64,000 nucleotides of DNA, from positions 387 to 64,386 of the forward strand of contig NZ_JAHBAK020000026.1 in the NCBI RefSeq assembly GCF_018500155.2, in the 5' to 3' direction. The notes below the pieces were generated by a model, which had not been told where the DNA came from, did not search any database, and saw only the letters and a list, made by a program, of their open reading frames with translations. Positions 28,485 through 38,482 of this stretch are shown here, piece by piece; within the stretch, counting starts at the first letter, position 1, and every line of letters starts with the position of its first letter. Origin of the DNA: Polynucleobacter sp. (lineage in GTDB: Bacteria > Pseudomonadota > Gammaproteobacteria > Burkholderiales > Burkholderiaceae). The translations under genes and the position numbers were made by a program.

Positions 28485-28799
28485 TTGAACCACAAAAAGC
28501 TTTTCATTCAAGGCATTACCACTTCTGGCAAACCATTTCGGCCTAGTGATTGGGCGGAGCGTCTTTGCGGGGTGATGGCTACTTTTCGCCCTCCAGGAGA
28601 TGCTGGAGACCCTCGCTTCACTTATTCACCCTACGTCAGACCAGTGCTTATTGCAAAAGTGAAATGCGTTGTTATTGATACCAGACTAGGCGACCTCGAT
28701 CCAAGAGCGCTCGACTTTGTCATGAACTTTGCCAAAGACAACAGCCTACCGATAGAAGAGGCCTGCGAGTTTGAACCCAAACCCCAAACCCAGCCCTAA
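28485..28799 (+). CDS. DUF3579-family protein
   Basis: FIQGITTSGKPFRPSDWAERLCG...YSPYV motif, recalled as DUF3579; TTG start. Confidence 0.75.
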   Translation: MNHKKLFIQGITTSGKPFRPSDWAERLCGVMATFRPPGDAGDPRFTYSPYVRPVLIAKVKCVVIDTRLGDLDPRALDFVMNFAKDNSLPIEEACEFEPKPQTQP

Positions 28800-28800
28800 A

Positions 28801-28829
28801 AACAAAAACCCGCTCTGATAAGGAGCGGG
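28801..28829 (-). terminator. Intrinsic terminator after rpsT
   Basis: Stem CCCGCTC / GAGCGGG with a 7-nt loop; AACAAAAA on its left gives a U-tract on the minus strand. Confidence 0.7.
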
Positions 28830-28873
28830 CTTAGGTCGAAATCAGATTCGACCAGCCTAAAACAAAAATCTAA

Positions 28874-29140
28874 TTAAGCAGCCATCGCCTTAATAGCAGC
28901 AGACAAGCGAGACTTTTGACGTGCTGCAGTGTTTTTGTGAGCGATTTTTTTGTCAGCAATTTTGTCGATTGTTGATTGAGTCGCTGCAAACACTTTTGCT
29001 GCAGCTGCTTTATCACCAGATTCGATCGCCTTACGAACTGCCTTGATGGAAGTACGTAGCTTTGAACGTAAGCTGGAGTTATGCTCATTCTGTTTTACTG
29101 CCTGGCGTGCGCGCTTACGCGCTTGTGCTGTATTTGCCAT
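28874..29140 (-). CDS. rpsT: 30S ribosomal protein S20
   Basis: [13 protein letters not shown]...[12 protein letters not shown]. Confidence 0.98.
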   Translation of the reverse strand: MANTAQARKRARQAVKQNEHNSSLRSKLRTSIKAVRKAIESGDKAAAAKVFAATQSTIDKIADKKIAHKNTAARQKSRLSAAIKAMAA

Positions 29141-29293
29141 CTTTAAACCTTGCCTCTATAAATTGCAAAATGCGATTAGTTAAAAATCTTGCGGACCCAC
29201 TTGAAAACCAGAAGCAAGCTCGCCAAAACCCTAGATTTTACCTTAAAGGGGCAAAAAAGCCCAGTCCAACCATAAATCGGTGAAAATCGGCTC

Positions 29294-30847
29294 ATGAACC
29301 TGCTATCTGCCGCCGCGAAGGTTAGCTCCCTGACCATGCTTTCCCGCATTACGGGGCTGCTAAGGGAGACCTTAATAGCCCGTAGTTTTGGGGCTTCCGA
29401 GTGGACGGATGCCTTTAATGTGGCTTTTAGGCTACCCAATCTACTGCGTCGCCTCTTTGCCGAAGGAGCCTTTTCGCAAGCTTTTGTCCCCATTTTGGGC
29501 GAAATCTCGACCCACGAGGACCAAAATCAGGCAAGAACCCTGATAAATGCGGTTGCCACGCTCTTATTTTGGGCTTTGCTGGTTACAGTCCTACTCGGCG
29601 TCATAGGCGCCCCACTGCTCATTTTGGTGATTGCCACAGGCTTTAGCGGAGGCCCTGCTTATGACGCTAGCGTAGTTATGACGAGAATCATGTTTCCCTA
29701 CATTGGACTCATTTCCTTGGTGTCTTTATCGGCCGGAATTCTAAACACCTATCACCGCTTTGCAATTCCAGCCTTCACGCCAGTCCTCCTCAATCTTGCT
29801 CTCATAGGCAGCGCCATCTTTTTGGCGCCACATTTAGACCAACCAATTTATGCACTCAGTATTGGTGTTCTTGTCGGCGGGGTTTTACAACTTGCGATTC
29901 AAATACCTTCACTCGCTCGACTAGGTTTATTGCCGCGCATTGGATTGCTACCGAAAGCAATCAAAGCTGCCATGAGTAACCCAGATGCCAGACGCGTATT
30001 AAAACTGATGGGGCCCGCCGTTTTTGCTGTATCCGTCGCACAAATTTCATTGATCATCAACACCAATATTGCCTCCAGACTGCAAGCAGGTAGCGTCTCT
30101 TGGCTGTCTTACGCAGATCGCTTAATGGAATTTCCAACCGCCTTACTAGGCGTAGCATTAGGAACGGTATTGCTCCCTAGCCTCAGTAAAGCAAATGCAA
30201 AAAATGATTTGGTGCATGCAGGCGAGTTATTGGTTTGGGGTTTGCAGCTCACTTTCTTGCTTGCAGCACCTTCTGCAATTGCACTGTTTATTTTTGGTGA
30301 ACCTCTAGCGGCCGTCTTGTATCACTACGGAAAATTTAACGCACTAGATGTACTCATGACACAACGTGCATTAGCGGCATATGGTGTTGGTCTCATTGGT
30401 TTAATTTTGGTCAAAATTTTGGCGCCTGGCTTTTATTCGCGCCAAGATATTCGCACCCCAGTCAAAATTGGCCTGATCGTTCTCGTTGCAACCCAGCTTG
30501 CTAACATAGTCTTTGTCCCCTGGTTTGGGCATGCGGGCTTAGCCCTTTCGGTCGGCGCTGGTGCCTGCCTTAATGCTGCCCTGCTCTGGAGAGGTCTTCA
30601 CAAGCGCGGGGCACTTCCAAATGCAGCCTGGTTGAAGTATTTAGGCCAACTCTTTTTAGCTCTCATTCCATTTTCAGCGGCGCTGCTATATGCAGCTAGT
30701 GCGCATGATTGGATTGCCCTGCAAGCAGAGCCATGGATACGGATTGCCTTGCTAGCGATGTGGCTAATTGTTGCAGCCTTGATTTACTTTGGCGCCCTAG
30801 CTTTAGTAGGAATTCGCTGGCAAAAATTCCTGCGTCATGCAAAATAG
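29294..30847 (+). CDS. murJ: Lipid II flippase MurJ (MviN)
   Basis: SRITGLLRE, DAFNVAFRLPNLLRRLFAEGAFSQAFVP, YADRLMEFP; divergent from rpsT. Confidence 0.97.
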   Translation: MNLLSAAAKVSSLTMLSRITGLLRETLIARSFGASEWTDAFNVAFRLPNLLRRLFAEGAFSQAFVPILGEISTHEDQNQARTLINAVATLLFWALLVTVLLGVIGAPLLILVIATGFSGGPAYDASVVMTRIMFPYIGLISLVSLSAGILNTYHRFAIPAFTPVLLNLALIGSAIFLAPHLDQPIYALSIGVLVGGVLQLAIQIPSLARLGLLPRIGLLPKAIKAAMSNPDARRVLKLMGPAVFAVSVAQISLIINTNIASRLQAGSVSWLSYADRLMEFPTALLGVALGTVLLPSLSKANAKNDLVHAGELLVWGLQLTFLLAAPSAIALFIFGEPLAAVLYHYGKFNALDVLMTQRALAAYGVGLIGLILVKILAPGFYSRQDIRTPVKIGLIVLVATQLANIVFVPWFGHAGLALSVGAGACLNAALLWRGLHKRGALPNAAWLKYLGQLFLALIPFSAALLYAASAHDWIALQAEPWIRIALLAMWLIVAALIYFGALALVGIRWQKFLRHAK

Positions 30848-30852
30848 GATGT

Positions 30853-31695
30853 ATGCCAACACAACAACTAGACTATTTCACTTCTCTTGTAACAGAGGAT
30901 GAGCACTTCCCTTTAACGGAAGCTGCAATTGCAGTAGCGCAACACGCCTATCCAGATTTGGATGTGCAAGGCGTTCTAGATCATCTTGATGAATTAGGCA
31001 ATAAATTAAAAGCGCGGATTACACCAGATACGTCCGCTATTCAGCGCTTACAAATTTTGAAGCACTTTTTTTATGCTGAACTGGGCTTTGGACCTAATGC
31101 CAATGATTTCTATGCCCCAGAAAATTCTTATTTACATCACGTACTAGAAAATCGTCGCGGAATTCCTATTTCGCTCGCCATCTTAATGATGGAGTTAGGT
31201 CAGCAAATTGGTCTAAAAATTCGTGGCGTCTCCTTCCCCAACCACTTCATGATGCGCATCTCATTGCAACAAGGCGAAGTGATCATGGATCCACTGACCG
31301 GAGAATCATTATCTAAGCTTGAACTACAAGAAATGCTTGATCCTTATCTTGATGCAAAAGGCTACCGTGGGGAGCTTAGCCTGCCACTCAATGTGTTCTT
31401 GCGGGCATCAAGCCCAAGAGAAATTCTGTCACGCTTTTTACGTAATCTCAAAATGATCTACTCCGAGCACGAGCGTTGGGAGCGTCTACTGGGAATTCAA
31501 GAGCGCTTAGTGATTTTGTTGCCCGATTCTATTGAAGAAATTAGAGATCGTGGACTTATCTTTGCACAACTGGAATATTTGCGTCCAGCACTAGCAGACA
31601 TGCATCGCTACTTAAATGAAGCCCCCGAAGCTGAAGATGCAAGCGATATTCGGGAGCATATTGCCACTTTAGAAAGTCAAACCAAACTACATTAA
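30853..31695 (+). CDS. SirB1/YchA-family protein (transglutaminase-like + TPR)
   Basis: GFGPNANDFYAPENSYL..VL..RRGIPISLA, GVSFPNHF, EIRDRGL; start at ATG 30853 (MPTQQLDYF). Confidence 0.85.
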   Translation: MPTQQLDYFTSLVTEDEHFPLTEAAIAVAQHAYPDLDVQGVLDHLDELGNKLKARITPDTSAIQRLQILKHFFYAELGFGPNANDFYAPENSYLHHVLENRRGIPISLAILMMELGQQIGLKIRGVSFPNHFMMRISLQQGEVIMDPLTGESLSKLELQEMLDPYLDAKGYRGELSLPLNVFLRASSPREILSRFLRNLKMIYSEHERWERLLGIQERLVILLPDSIEEIRDRGLIFAQLEYLRPALADMHRYLNEAPEAEDASDIREHIATLESQTKLH

Positions 31696-31705
31696 GTAGT
31701 GTGGT

Positions 31706-32365
31706 TTAACTTTTCTTGCGCTGAAATATTTTGTAAAGGGCGGCAAGAATTACCGGCACTGCTGCGGCACCCACGCCAATCAACACAATCACGTTGAGAT
31801 TTTGACGAATCACAGGAATGTTGCCAAAGAAATATCCAGCAACCACCAAACCAACAACCCATAACACCGCACCAGTGATATTAAATAACTGAAAACGCGA
31901 AAAGTTCATTTCTGATACACCAGCAACAAAAGGTGCAAAGGTTCTGATAATCGGCAGAAAGCGTGCCACGATAATCGTCTTACCACCATGCTTTTCATAA
32001 AATGCATGGGTTTTCAAAAGGGCGCCTTGGTCAATCCAACGTGACTGACTACTAAACACCCTTTTACCAATCCATCGACCAATAAAGTAATTCACTGTAT
32101 TACCAGAAATAGCAGCAATTAATAAGCCAATACACAAGGTCCAGATATTGAAGTGTTCAGTTGCACAGTAGGCCCCAGCAATAAAGAGGAGTGAATCACC
32201 CGGCAAGAACGGGGCAACAACCAAACCGGTTTCCGCAAAAACAATCGCAAACAGCAATCCATATGCCCAAGGACCATATTGCGAAATCACGACATCTAAA
32301 TGACGATCAACGTGAAGTAATAAATCACTTAATTGCAAAAGGGTATCAATCAACTTGGGCTCCAA
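31706..32365 (-). CDS. dedA: DedA-family membrane protein
   Basis: FAETGLVVAPFLPGDSLLF, GNTVNY.IGR, HGGKTIIVARFLPIIRTFAPFVAG; TTG start. Confidence 0.92.
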   Translation of the reverse strand: MEPKLIDTLLQLSDLLLHVDRHLDVVISQYGPWAYGLLFAIVFAETGLVVAPFLPGDSLLFIAGAYCATEHFNIWTLCIGLLIAAISGNTVNYFIGRWIGKRVFSSQSRWIDQGALLKTHAFYEKHGGKTIIVARFLPIIRTFAPFVAGVSEMNFSRFQLFNITGAVLWVVGLVVAGYFFGNIPVIRQNLNVIVLIGVGAAAVPVILAALYKIFQRKKS

Positions 32366-32397
32366 AAATAGGTTCGATGCAGATATTAACAGGCTCT

Positions 32398-32403
32398 TAT
32401 AAT
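32398..32403 (+). promoter_or_regulatory. Consensus -10 (TATAAT) 5 nt upstream of miaA ATG
   Basis: TATAAT-gaagt-ATG; no SD. Confidence 0.5.
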
Positions 32404-32408
32404 GAAGT

Positions 32409-33407
32409 ATGCAAACTGAACCCTACATTCAGCCCATGCAAACACCAGACGAGAAACCCATCCTATGCATAGTAGGACCCACTGGTGCTGGCAAAACTCA
32501 TCTAGCCATGTCATTGGCAGCATATGCCAAATCTATTGGCCGCACGCTTGAACTCATTAGCATGGATTCTGCCTTGGTCTATCGAGGCCTTGATATCGGC
32601 AGTGCCAAACCCAGCAAATCAGAACAAGCAACGGTCATTCATCATTTGATTGATATTCTTGACCCCACAGAAGTGTATTCAGCTGCCCGATTTGCCAAAG
32701 ATGCCAAACAATTATGCGCAGACATTCGAAATAGAGGCAATATTCCAGTCGTCGTTGGTGGCACCATGCTCTATTGGAGAGCTTGGGCATATGGTCTTTC
32801 TGCGCTACCCACGGCGAATTCTGAAATTCGATTACGTTTAGAAGAAGAGGCAAAGCAGATCGGATGGCCAGCAATGCATGCCAAGTTAGATCAAGTGGAT
32901 CCAGAAACTGCTCTGCGACTCAAGCCAAATGATTCACAAAGGATTCAACGCGCCTTAGAAGTATTTGCCATCAGCGGCAAGCCAATGTCTGCATTACTAG
33001 CAGACTCTCCCAGCGATGATGGTAGGGAAGGATCCACAATTCCTGCATGGATCAATCTAGTATCGCTAGAGCCTAGTGATCGTAAGCGACTACATCAGCA
33101 GTTAGAAAAACGTTTTGATGAAATGTTGTTAGCTGGGTTTTTAGATGAAGTACGTTCTCTAAAAGCGAACACTGCATTACATCAAGATTTACCAGCCATT
33201 CGATCTGTAGGTTATCGGCAGGCTTGGGAATATCTGAATGGCGAGATTGATGCCGAACAGATGCGTTACAAGGCATTGGCTGCCACAAGACAACTTGGGA
33301 AACGTCAGTTAACTTGGCTCAGAGCGATCAGTGGTCGCAAAACTTTTGACCCCTTTAATCCCAAGGAACTCCAAGCGGCGATTGATTATTGCAAGGATTG
33401 TTTGTAG
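32409..33407 (+). CDS. miaA: tRNA (adenosine-37-N6)-dimethylallyltransferase
   Basis: GPTGAGKT, ISMDSALVYRGLDIGSAKP, VGGTMLY, NDSQRIQRALEV, KRQLTW. Confidence 0.96.
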   Translation: MQTEPYIQPMQTPDEKPILCIVGPTGAGKTHLAMSLAAYAKSIGRTLELISMDSALVYRGLDIGSAKPSKSEQATVIHHLIDILDPTEVYSAARFAKDAKQLCADIRNRGNIPVVVGGTMLYWRAWAYGLSALPTANSEIRLRLEEEAKQIGWPAMHAKLDQVDPETALRLKPNDSQRIQRALEVFAISGKPMSALLADSPSDDGREGSTIPAWINLVSLEPSDRKRLHQQLEKRFDEMLLAGFLDEVRSLKANTALHQDLPAIRSVGYRQAWEYLNGEIDAEQMRYKALAATRQLGKRQLTWLRAISGRKTFDPFNPKELQAAIDYCKDCL

Positions 33408-33428
33408 CAATCAGTCGTAACAATAGCG

Positions 33429-34481
33429 TTAAATCACTATCGTCTGGGGAGCACCTTTTGGACGTTCAATGACCTCACCCACTGTCCAAGCTTTTAAACC
33501 TTGAGCGGTCAACGATTGGATTGCAGTATCTACTTGGCTTGGATCAACAATAACGACCATGCCAATTCCGCAATTAAATACCCTGACCATTTCAGCATCA
33601 GCAACGCCACCCTTCATTTGCAACCAACGAAAGAGTTCGGGCATTTGCCAACTATCGCGATGTAAAACAGCTTGAGTATTTTCTGGCAGAACGCGTGGCA
33701 CGTTATCCACTAAACCACCGCCAGTAATGTGTGCCATCCCCTTAACATTGATCTCTGAAATCAATTTCAGCAGAGGTTTGACATAAATTTCTGTGGGTGC
33801 CATCACTACATCGCCCAATGGACGACCACCAAGGTCATCCGTAGGTTTTGCGCCTGCGCGTTCAATGATCTTGCGTACCAATGAATATCCATTGGAATGC
33901 GCGCCACTGGAACCAATTGCCAAAACGACATCGCCAGGAACAATACTGTTGCCGGTAATAATTTTGGATTTTTCAACTGCGCCCACCGCAAAACCTGCAA
34001 GGTCATACTCGCCAGGAGGATACATTCCTGGCATTTCTGCCGTCTCACCACCAATCAACGCACAACCAGACAATTCACACCCTTTAGCGATTCCAGCAAC
34101 CACTGTGGCTGCTGTATCAACAGTCAACTTGCCACAGGCAAAATAATCCAAGAAGAAAAGTGGCTCAGCACCCTGGACCAAAATATCATTCACACTCATG
34201 GCAACCAAGTCCTGGCCGATCGTGTCATGACGATTCCATTCAAACGCCAAACGTAGCTTGGTACCAACACCATCTGTACCAGAGACCAAAACAGGTTCCT
34301 GATAACGCTTCGGTACCTCAAATAAGGCCCCAAAACCGCCAATTCCAGCCAAAACACCATCCCGCATGGTCTTTTTTGCTAGCGGCTTAATGCGATCCAC
34401 CAAATCATCACCAGCGTCGATATCGACGCCAGCATCGCGGTAGGAAAGGCCTTTTGAAGAAGAATTGGTAGATGAAGTCAT
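33429..34481 (-). CDS. purM: Phosphoribosylformylglycinamidine cyclo-ligase
   Basis: [44 protein letters not shown]. Confidence 0.98.
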   Translation of the reverse strand: MTSSTNSSSKGLSYRDAGVDIDAGDDLVDRIKPLAKKTMRDGVLAGIGGFGALFEVPKRYQEPVLVSGTDGVGTKLRLAFEWNRHDTIGQDLVAMSVNDILVQGAEPLFFLDYFACGKLTVDTAATVVAGIAKGCELSGCALIGGETAEMPGMYPPGEYDLAGFAVGAVEKSKIITGNSIVPGDVVLAIGSSGAHSNGYSLVRKIIERAGAKPTDDLGGRPLGDVVMAPTEIYVKPLLKLISEINVKGMAHITGGGLVDNVPRVLPENTQAVLHRDSWQMPELFRWLQMKGGVADAEMVRVFNCGIGMVVIVDPSQVDTAIQSLTAQGLKAWTVGEVIERPKGAPQTIVI

Positions 34482-34553
34482 GGCTAGATTGCAATATTAG
34501 TGAAAAATGCTACTTGATCAGTAGAATCATTGAATTCTAGAGGATTAAAGAAC

Positions 34554-35543
34554 ATGGCTGAGATTTTTACCCCTTTTTTGACCGCATTCATACTGGCGTA
34601 CTCTTTGCGCCCAGTGTGCTTGTGGCTGGAAAGGCACAAAGCGCCTCGCCCTTTAGCGGCCCTCATCTCCATGCTGTTTGGATTGGGGCTGATTTTCTTT
34701 ATTTTGAGCCTGCTCATTAGCCTGCTGAAATACGAAATCCCCCTAATCCGCTCTCAATTACCCGACTGGATAGCAAATACTCAGGCATGGCTTGGCCCCA
34801 AGCTCGATAGCTTACACATGAATCTGGATTGGAATAGCTTAAAAGCGGATGCTACAAAAAAAATTACAGAACACATTAGCGATCACGCCGATTCTTTAAT
34901 GAATTCCACTATTGATACGGTACTAGTTTCTGGTAGTTCAGTGATTGCTGGGTTTGTAAATGCGGTGCTCATCATTTTTGTAATGTTCTATTTGTTAGTT
35001 GATTGGGATCACTTTTTCAAACTGCTACAAGAAGCAGTTCCTCGTCGCGCACAAGCGACTGTGCATCATTTAGTCATGCATACCGATGGCTTGCTGTCTC
35101 AATACTTAAGAGGCATGCTGATCGTCATTTCAATCATGGCAATTTATTACAGTGCTGCTTTGGCTTTTATAGATGTTAAAGGTGCTGTTGCATTGGGCGT
35201 TTTCACTGCCCTAATGATTGTTATTCCCTACATTGGCATCACCCTCGGATTAAGCTTAGCAGTCCTCTCCGCATTACTTCAATTTGGCCCTAGCACTGCC
35301 GTAATCGGCGTGTTAGTGGTCTACGGAATTGGTCAATTCCTTGAGGGCTTCTTCCTCACGCCCCGCCTGGTTGGCGAGCGCATCGGCTTACATCCTGTAG
35401 CAGTGCTATTTGCATTGCTTTTCTTCGGCAAATTGTTTGGGTTCTTTGGTGTTTTATTGGCACTCCCCATTAGCGCTGTGAGCTTAGTTTTAGTGAAATA
35501 TTTCTGGTCTGTGTATACCCAAAGTTCTTGGTATCAGAAATAA
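34554..35543 (+). CDS. AI-2E family transporter (PerM-like)
   Basis: Multi-TM; LTPFLTAFILAY.L.P, FFLTPRLVGERIGLHPVAV; start at ATG 34554 with SD GAGG; divergent from purM. Confidence 0.87.
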   Translation: MAEIFTPFLTAFILAYSLRPVCLWLERHKAPRPLAALISMLFGLGLIFFILSLLISLLKYEIPLIRSQLPDWIANTQAWLGPKLDSLHMNLDWNSLKADATKKITEHISDHADSLMNSTIDTVLVSGSSVIAGFVNAVLIIFVMFYLLVDWDHFFKLLQEAVPRRAQATVHHLVMHTDGLLSQYLRGMLIVISIMAIYYSAALAFIDVKGAVALGVFTALMIVIPYIGITLGLSLAVLSALLQFGPSTAVIGVLVVYGIGQFLEGFFLTPRLVGERIGLHPVAVLFALLFFGKLFGFFGVLLALPISAVSLVLVKYFWSVYTQSSWYQK

Positions 35544-35561
35544 ATTGGTCTTAGTGCATTA

Positions 35562-36323
35562 ATGAGTACTTCTTCGCTTCCAAGACAATTTGCTTTAGAC
35601 ATTGGTCATACACCAAGAGCAAGTCTTGAAAACTATCTGCCAGGTAAAGACCTAGCATTAATAACAACCCTTCAGTCTTTGAGCGATTCTTGGAAAAAGA
35701 ATATTGCAAAGATTGGCGATAATGCGTTGAATCATCGCTGGATGTATTGGTGGGGTCCAGAAGGTTCTGGGCGGTCTCACTTACTTAATGCCATGATTCA
35801 CGCTGCCGAAGATGCAAAGCTAGAATGCTTTTTACTAAGTCCAGATGAGCCGACCAATTGGGTACGACTGGAAGAAAAATTGCCAGCATTAACTCAATCC
35901 AATGCGCCTTCCATCATTGCCGTAGATGATGTCAATCGTTTGGATGAGCGCTTAGTGGGGTCTCTTTTTCGCATTCTGAATGAAATCCAGGCCAGCAAGA
36001 ATATGCATATTTTCATGGCCGGCAATGCCGCCCCTGCAAACTTAAGTCTACGAGAGGACCTGCGCACCCGTCTTGGCTGGGGTTTAATCTTCCAAACACC
36101 CCTTTTAAACGATGATGAGAAAATACAGGCATTAGAGCAAGCGGCCAAGGCTAGGGGCTTAAATCTGTCCCCCGATGTGTTGCCTTGGTTATTAAATCGT
36201 TTTTATCGAGATATGCCAAATTTAATGGCTCTCATTGACGCTTTAGATGCTTACTCACTAGAAACAAAACGTGCAGTTACTTTACCCCTGGTGCGTGAAC
36301 TGCTCACTCCTAAATCTATTTAA
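35562..36323 (+). CDS. hda: DnaA regulatory inactivator Hda
   Basis: RQFALD (clamp-binding-like), degenerate Walker A WGPEGSGRSHLL, DLRTRLGWG, VTLPLVRELL. Confidence 0.9.
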   Translation: MSTSSLPRQFALDIGHTPRASLENYLPGKDLALITTLQSLSDSWKKNIAKIGDNALNHRWMYWWGPEGSGRSHLLNAMIHAAEDAKLECFLLSPDEPTNWVRLEEKLPALTQSNAPSIIAVDDVNRLDERLVGSLFRILNEIQASKNMHIFMAGNAAPANLSLREDLRTRLGWGLIFQTPLLNDDEKIQALEQAAKARGLNLSPDVLPWLLNRFYRDMPNLMALIDALDAYSLETKRAVTLPLVRELLTPKSI

Positions 36324-36337
36324 TTTGTCTTTCATTT

Positions 36338-37018
36338 GTGACTCAACTAGCTCTTTTCGATTTAGACCATACCTTACTTCCCTGTGATAGTGATTATGAG
36401 TGGGGACAATTCTTAGCACGTATTGGCGTAGTCGATAGTCAATACTATGCAAAGCAAAACGAACGTTTCTATCAAGACTATAAAGACGGAAAACTCGATA
36501 TTCATGAGTTCTTACGTTTTGCTCTCAAGCCACTCTCTGAACATTCTCGCGCCCAACTCAAGGAATGGCATGATCAATTTATGGCCGAGGTCATCACGGG
36601 ACAACTCCGTCAAAAGGCTGTGGATCTAGTCAAGAAGCATCAAGATGCAGGTGATCTCTGTTGTGTCGTCACCGCAACCAATAGTTTTGTGACCCGCCCC
36701 ATCGTCGAAAGCTTTGGCATCGAACACTTGATTGCCACCGAACCAGCAATAAAAGGTGTGGGGTCTGACGTGATCTTCACCGGCGAAGTGAAGGGTATCC
36801 CCAACTTTCGTGAAGGCAAAATACAAAATGTACATACATGGCTAGGCGAGCAAAATCTTGACTTGTCTCAGTTACCGCGCAGTTATTTTTATTCTGACTC
36901 GATGAATGATTTACCACTACTTGAGCAGGTCAGTCATCCAGTGGCAACCAATCCAGATGATCGTTTGCGTCAAGAAGCACAAAAGCGTAATTGGCCAATA
37001 CTTGAGCTGTTTGCATGA
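36338..37018 (+). CDS. HAD-IB family hydrolase (SerB-like)
   Basis: FDLDHTL, TATNSFVT, GK, YSDSMNDLPLL; GTG start. Confidence 0.88.
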   Translation: MTQLALFDLDHTLLPCDSDYEWGQFLARIGVVDSQYYAKQNERFYQDYKDGKLDIHEFLRFALKPLSEHSRAQLKEWHDQFMAEVITGQLRQKAVDLVKKHQDAGDLCCVVTATNSFVTRPIVESFGIEHLIATEPAIKGVGSDVIFTGEVKGIPNFREGKIQNVHTWLGEQNLDLSQLPRSYFYSDSMNDLPLLEQVSHPVATNPDDRLRQEAQKRNWPILELFA

Positions 37019-38430
37019 TTACCAAATTCATTAAACGCATTTTGCGACGTGACCCCATGGTCAAGCATACGCATGCGGTTCATGGGGGTTCGCCTAAGCG
37101 CATACCTAAGAAGGCGCATCGGATTGACCCCCACTTGTTGTCTAAAAACGCTGTCAAAGTAACCCAGACCCTACAGCATGCAGGCTATGAGGCATTTATT
37201 GTGGGTGGTGCAGTACGTGATTTAGCTTTAGGCATTGCTCCCAAAGATTTTGATGTAGCGACCAATGCTACGCCAGATCAAGTACAAAGATTATTCAGAA
37301 AGGCACGCCTCATAGGTCGCCGCTTTCAAATTGTGCATGTGACGTTCTTTGGTAAAGGTCATCCGGAAATTATTGAGGTTTCTACTTTTCGCGCATTGCT
37401 AGAAAACGCTGGTGATCATGTCGCTGAAAGTGGTCGCATCTTACGAGACAATGTTTGGGGATCACAAGGCGAAGATGCTGCAAGGCGCGATTTTACTGTC
37501 AATGCCATGTATTACGATCCATCTACCGAAACCGTGTTGGACTATCACGGCGGTATGGCAGACATGCAAAAGAAAACTTTGCGCATGATTGGTGACCCTG
37601 CAAAGCGCTACCGTGAAGACCCAGTACGTATGCTGCGAGCCATCCGTTTCGCTGCTAAAACCGGATTTACTTTAGATGCCGATACCAGGGCGCCTATATC
37701 CAAACTGAGCACACTCCTAGAGGATGTTCCTCCCGCAAGACTTTTTGATGAAATTCTTAAACTGTTAATGTCAGGTCACTCATGGTCTGCAATCCAAGGT
37801 TTACAAGAGGCTGGCTTGCATCATGGTGTGCTACCCCTTTTGGATCGCATTCTTGATGATGGTGAAGAGTCTTCAGAAGGACATCAGTTTGTAAAGCTCG
37901 CCCTTGCAAATACAGACCAACGTATTCAGTCTGGCAAAAGCGTTTCAGCAGGATTTTTATTTGCCACTTTACTTTGGCCAGATCTTCTCCAAAATTGGAA
38001 GGCAAACCTTGCTAAGGGTATGGCTAATATTCCCGCACTCCAAGATGCCATGGACGAGACGATTGCCGCCCAAAGCAGCGGTATGACTATTCAGCGTCGC
38101 TTTGAGAGTGACATGCGAGAAATTTGGTCCATGCAACCTCGTTTTGAGAAGCGAGTTGGACGCTACCCTTATCGACTAATAGAGTCGCCCCGTTTTAGGG
38201 CAGGATATGACTTTATGTTGCTACGCTGTGCAACAGGTGAGCAAAATCCCGCGTTGGGTCAGTGGTGGACGGACTTCATTGCAGCCGACCCAAGCGCCCA
38301 AGAAGCCTTGCTAGCGAGCGTCAAAAACGAAGTGGGCGCAGCGGTCAAAACAGCCACTAAAAGACGTCGACGCAGAAAACCCAAAGCCACCTCGGCAACG
38401 ACCGCCTCACCAGAACCTACAGCAGGTTAA
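37015..38430 (+). CDS. pcnB: Poly(A) polymerase I
   Basis: VGGAVRDL, PKDFDVAT, IGRRFQIVHV, RRDFTVNA, EDPVRMLRA, basic C-terminal tail. Confidence 0.95.
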   Translation: MITKFIKRILRRDPMVKHTHAVHGGSPKRIPKKAHRIDPHLLSKNAVKVTQTLQHAGYEAFIVGGAVRDLALGIAPKDFDVATNATPDQVQRLFRKARLIGRRFQIVHVTFFGKGHPEIIEVSTFRALLENAGDHVAESGRILRDNVWGSQGEDAARRDFTVNAMYYDPSTETVLDYHGGMADMQKKTLRMIGDPAKRYREDPVRMLRAIRFAAKTGFTLDADTRAPISKLSTLLEDVPPARLFDEILKLLMSGHSWSAIQGLQEAGLHHGVLPLLDRILDDGEESSEGHQFVKLALANTDQRIQSGKSVSAGFLFATLLWPDLLQNWKANLAKGMANIPALQDAMDETIAAQSSGMTIQRRFESDMREIWSMQPRFEKRVGRYPYRLIESPRFRAGYDFMLLRCATGEQNPALGQWWTDFIAADPSAQEALLASVKNEVGAAVKTATKRRRRRKPKATSATTASPEPTAG

Positions 38431-38482
38431 GCAAACTTTCCAAAATTTCGGTAAAGTCATTTCATCTAGAGTTTGGAAGCGT

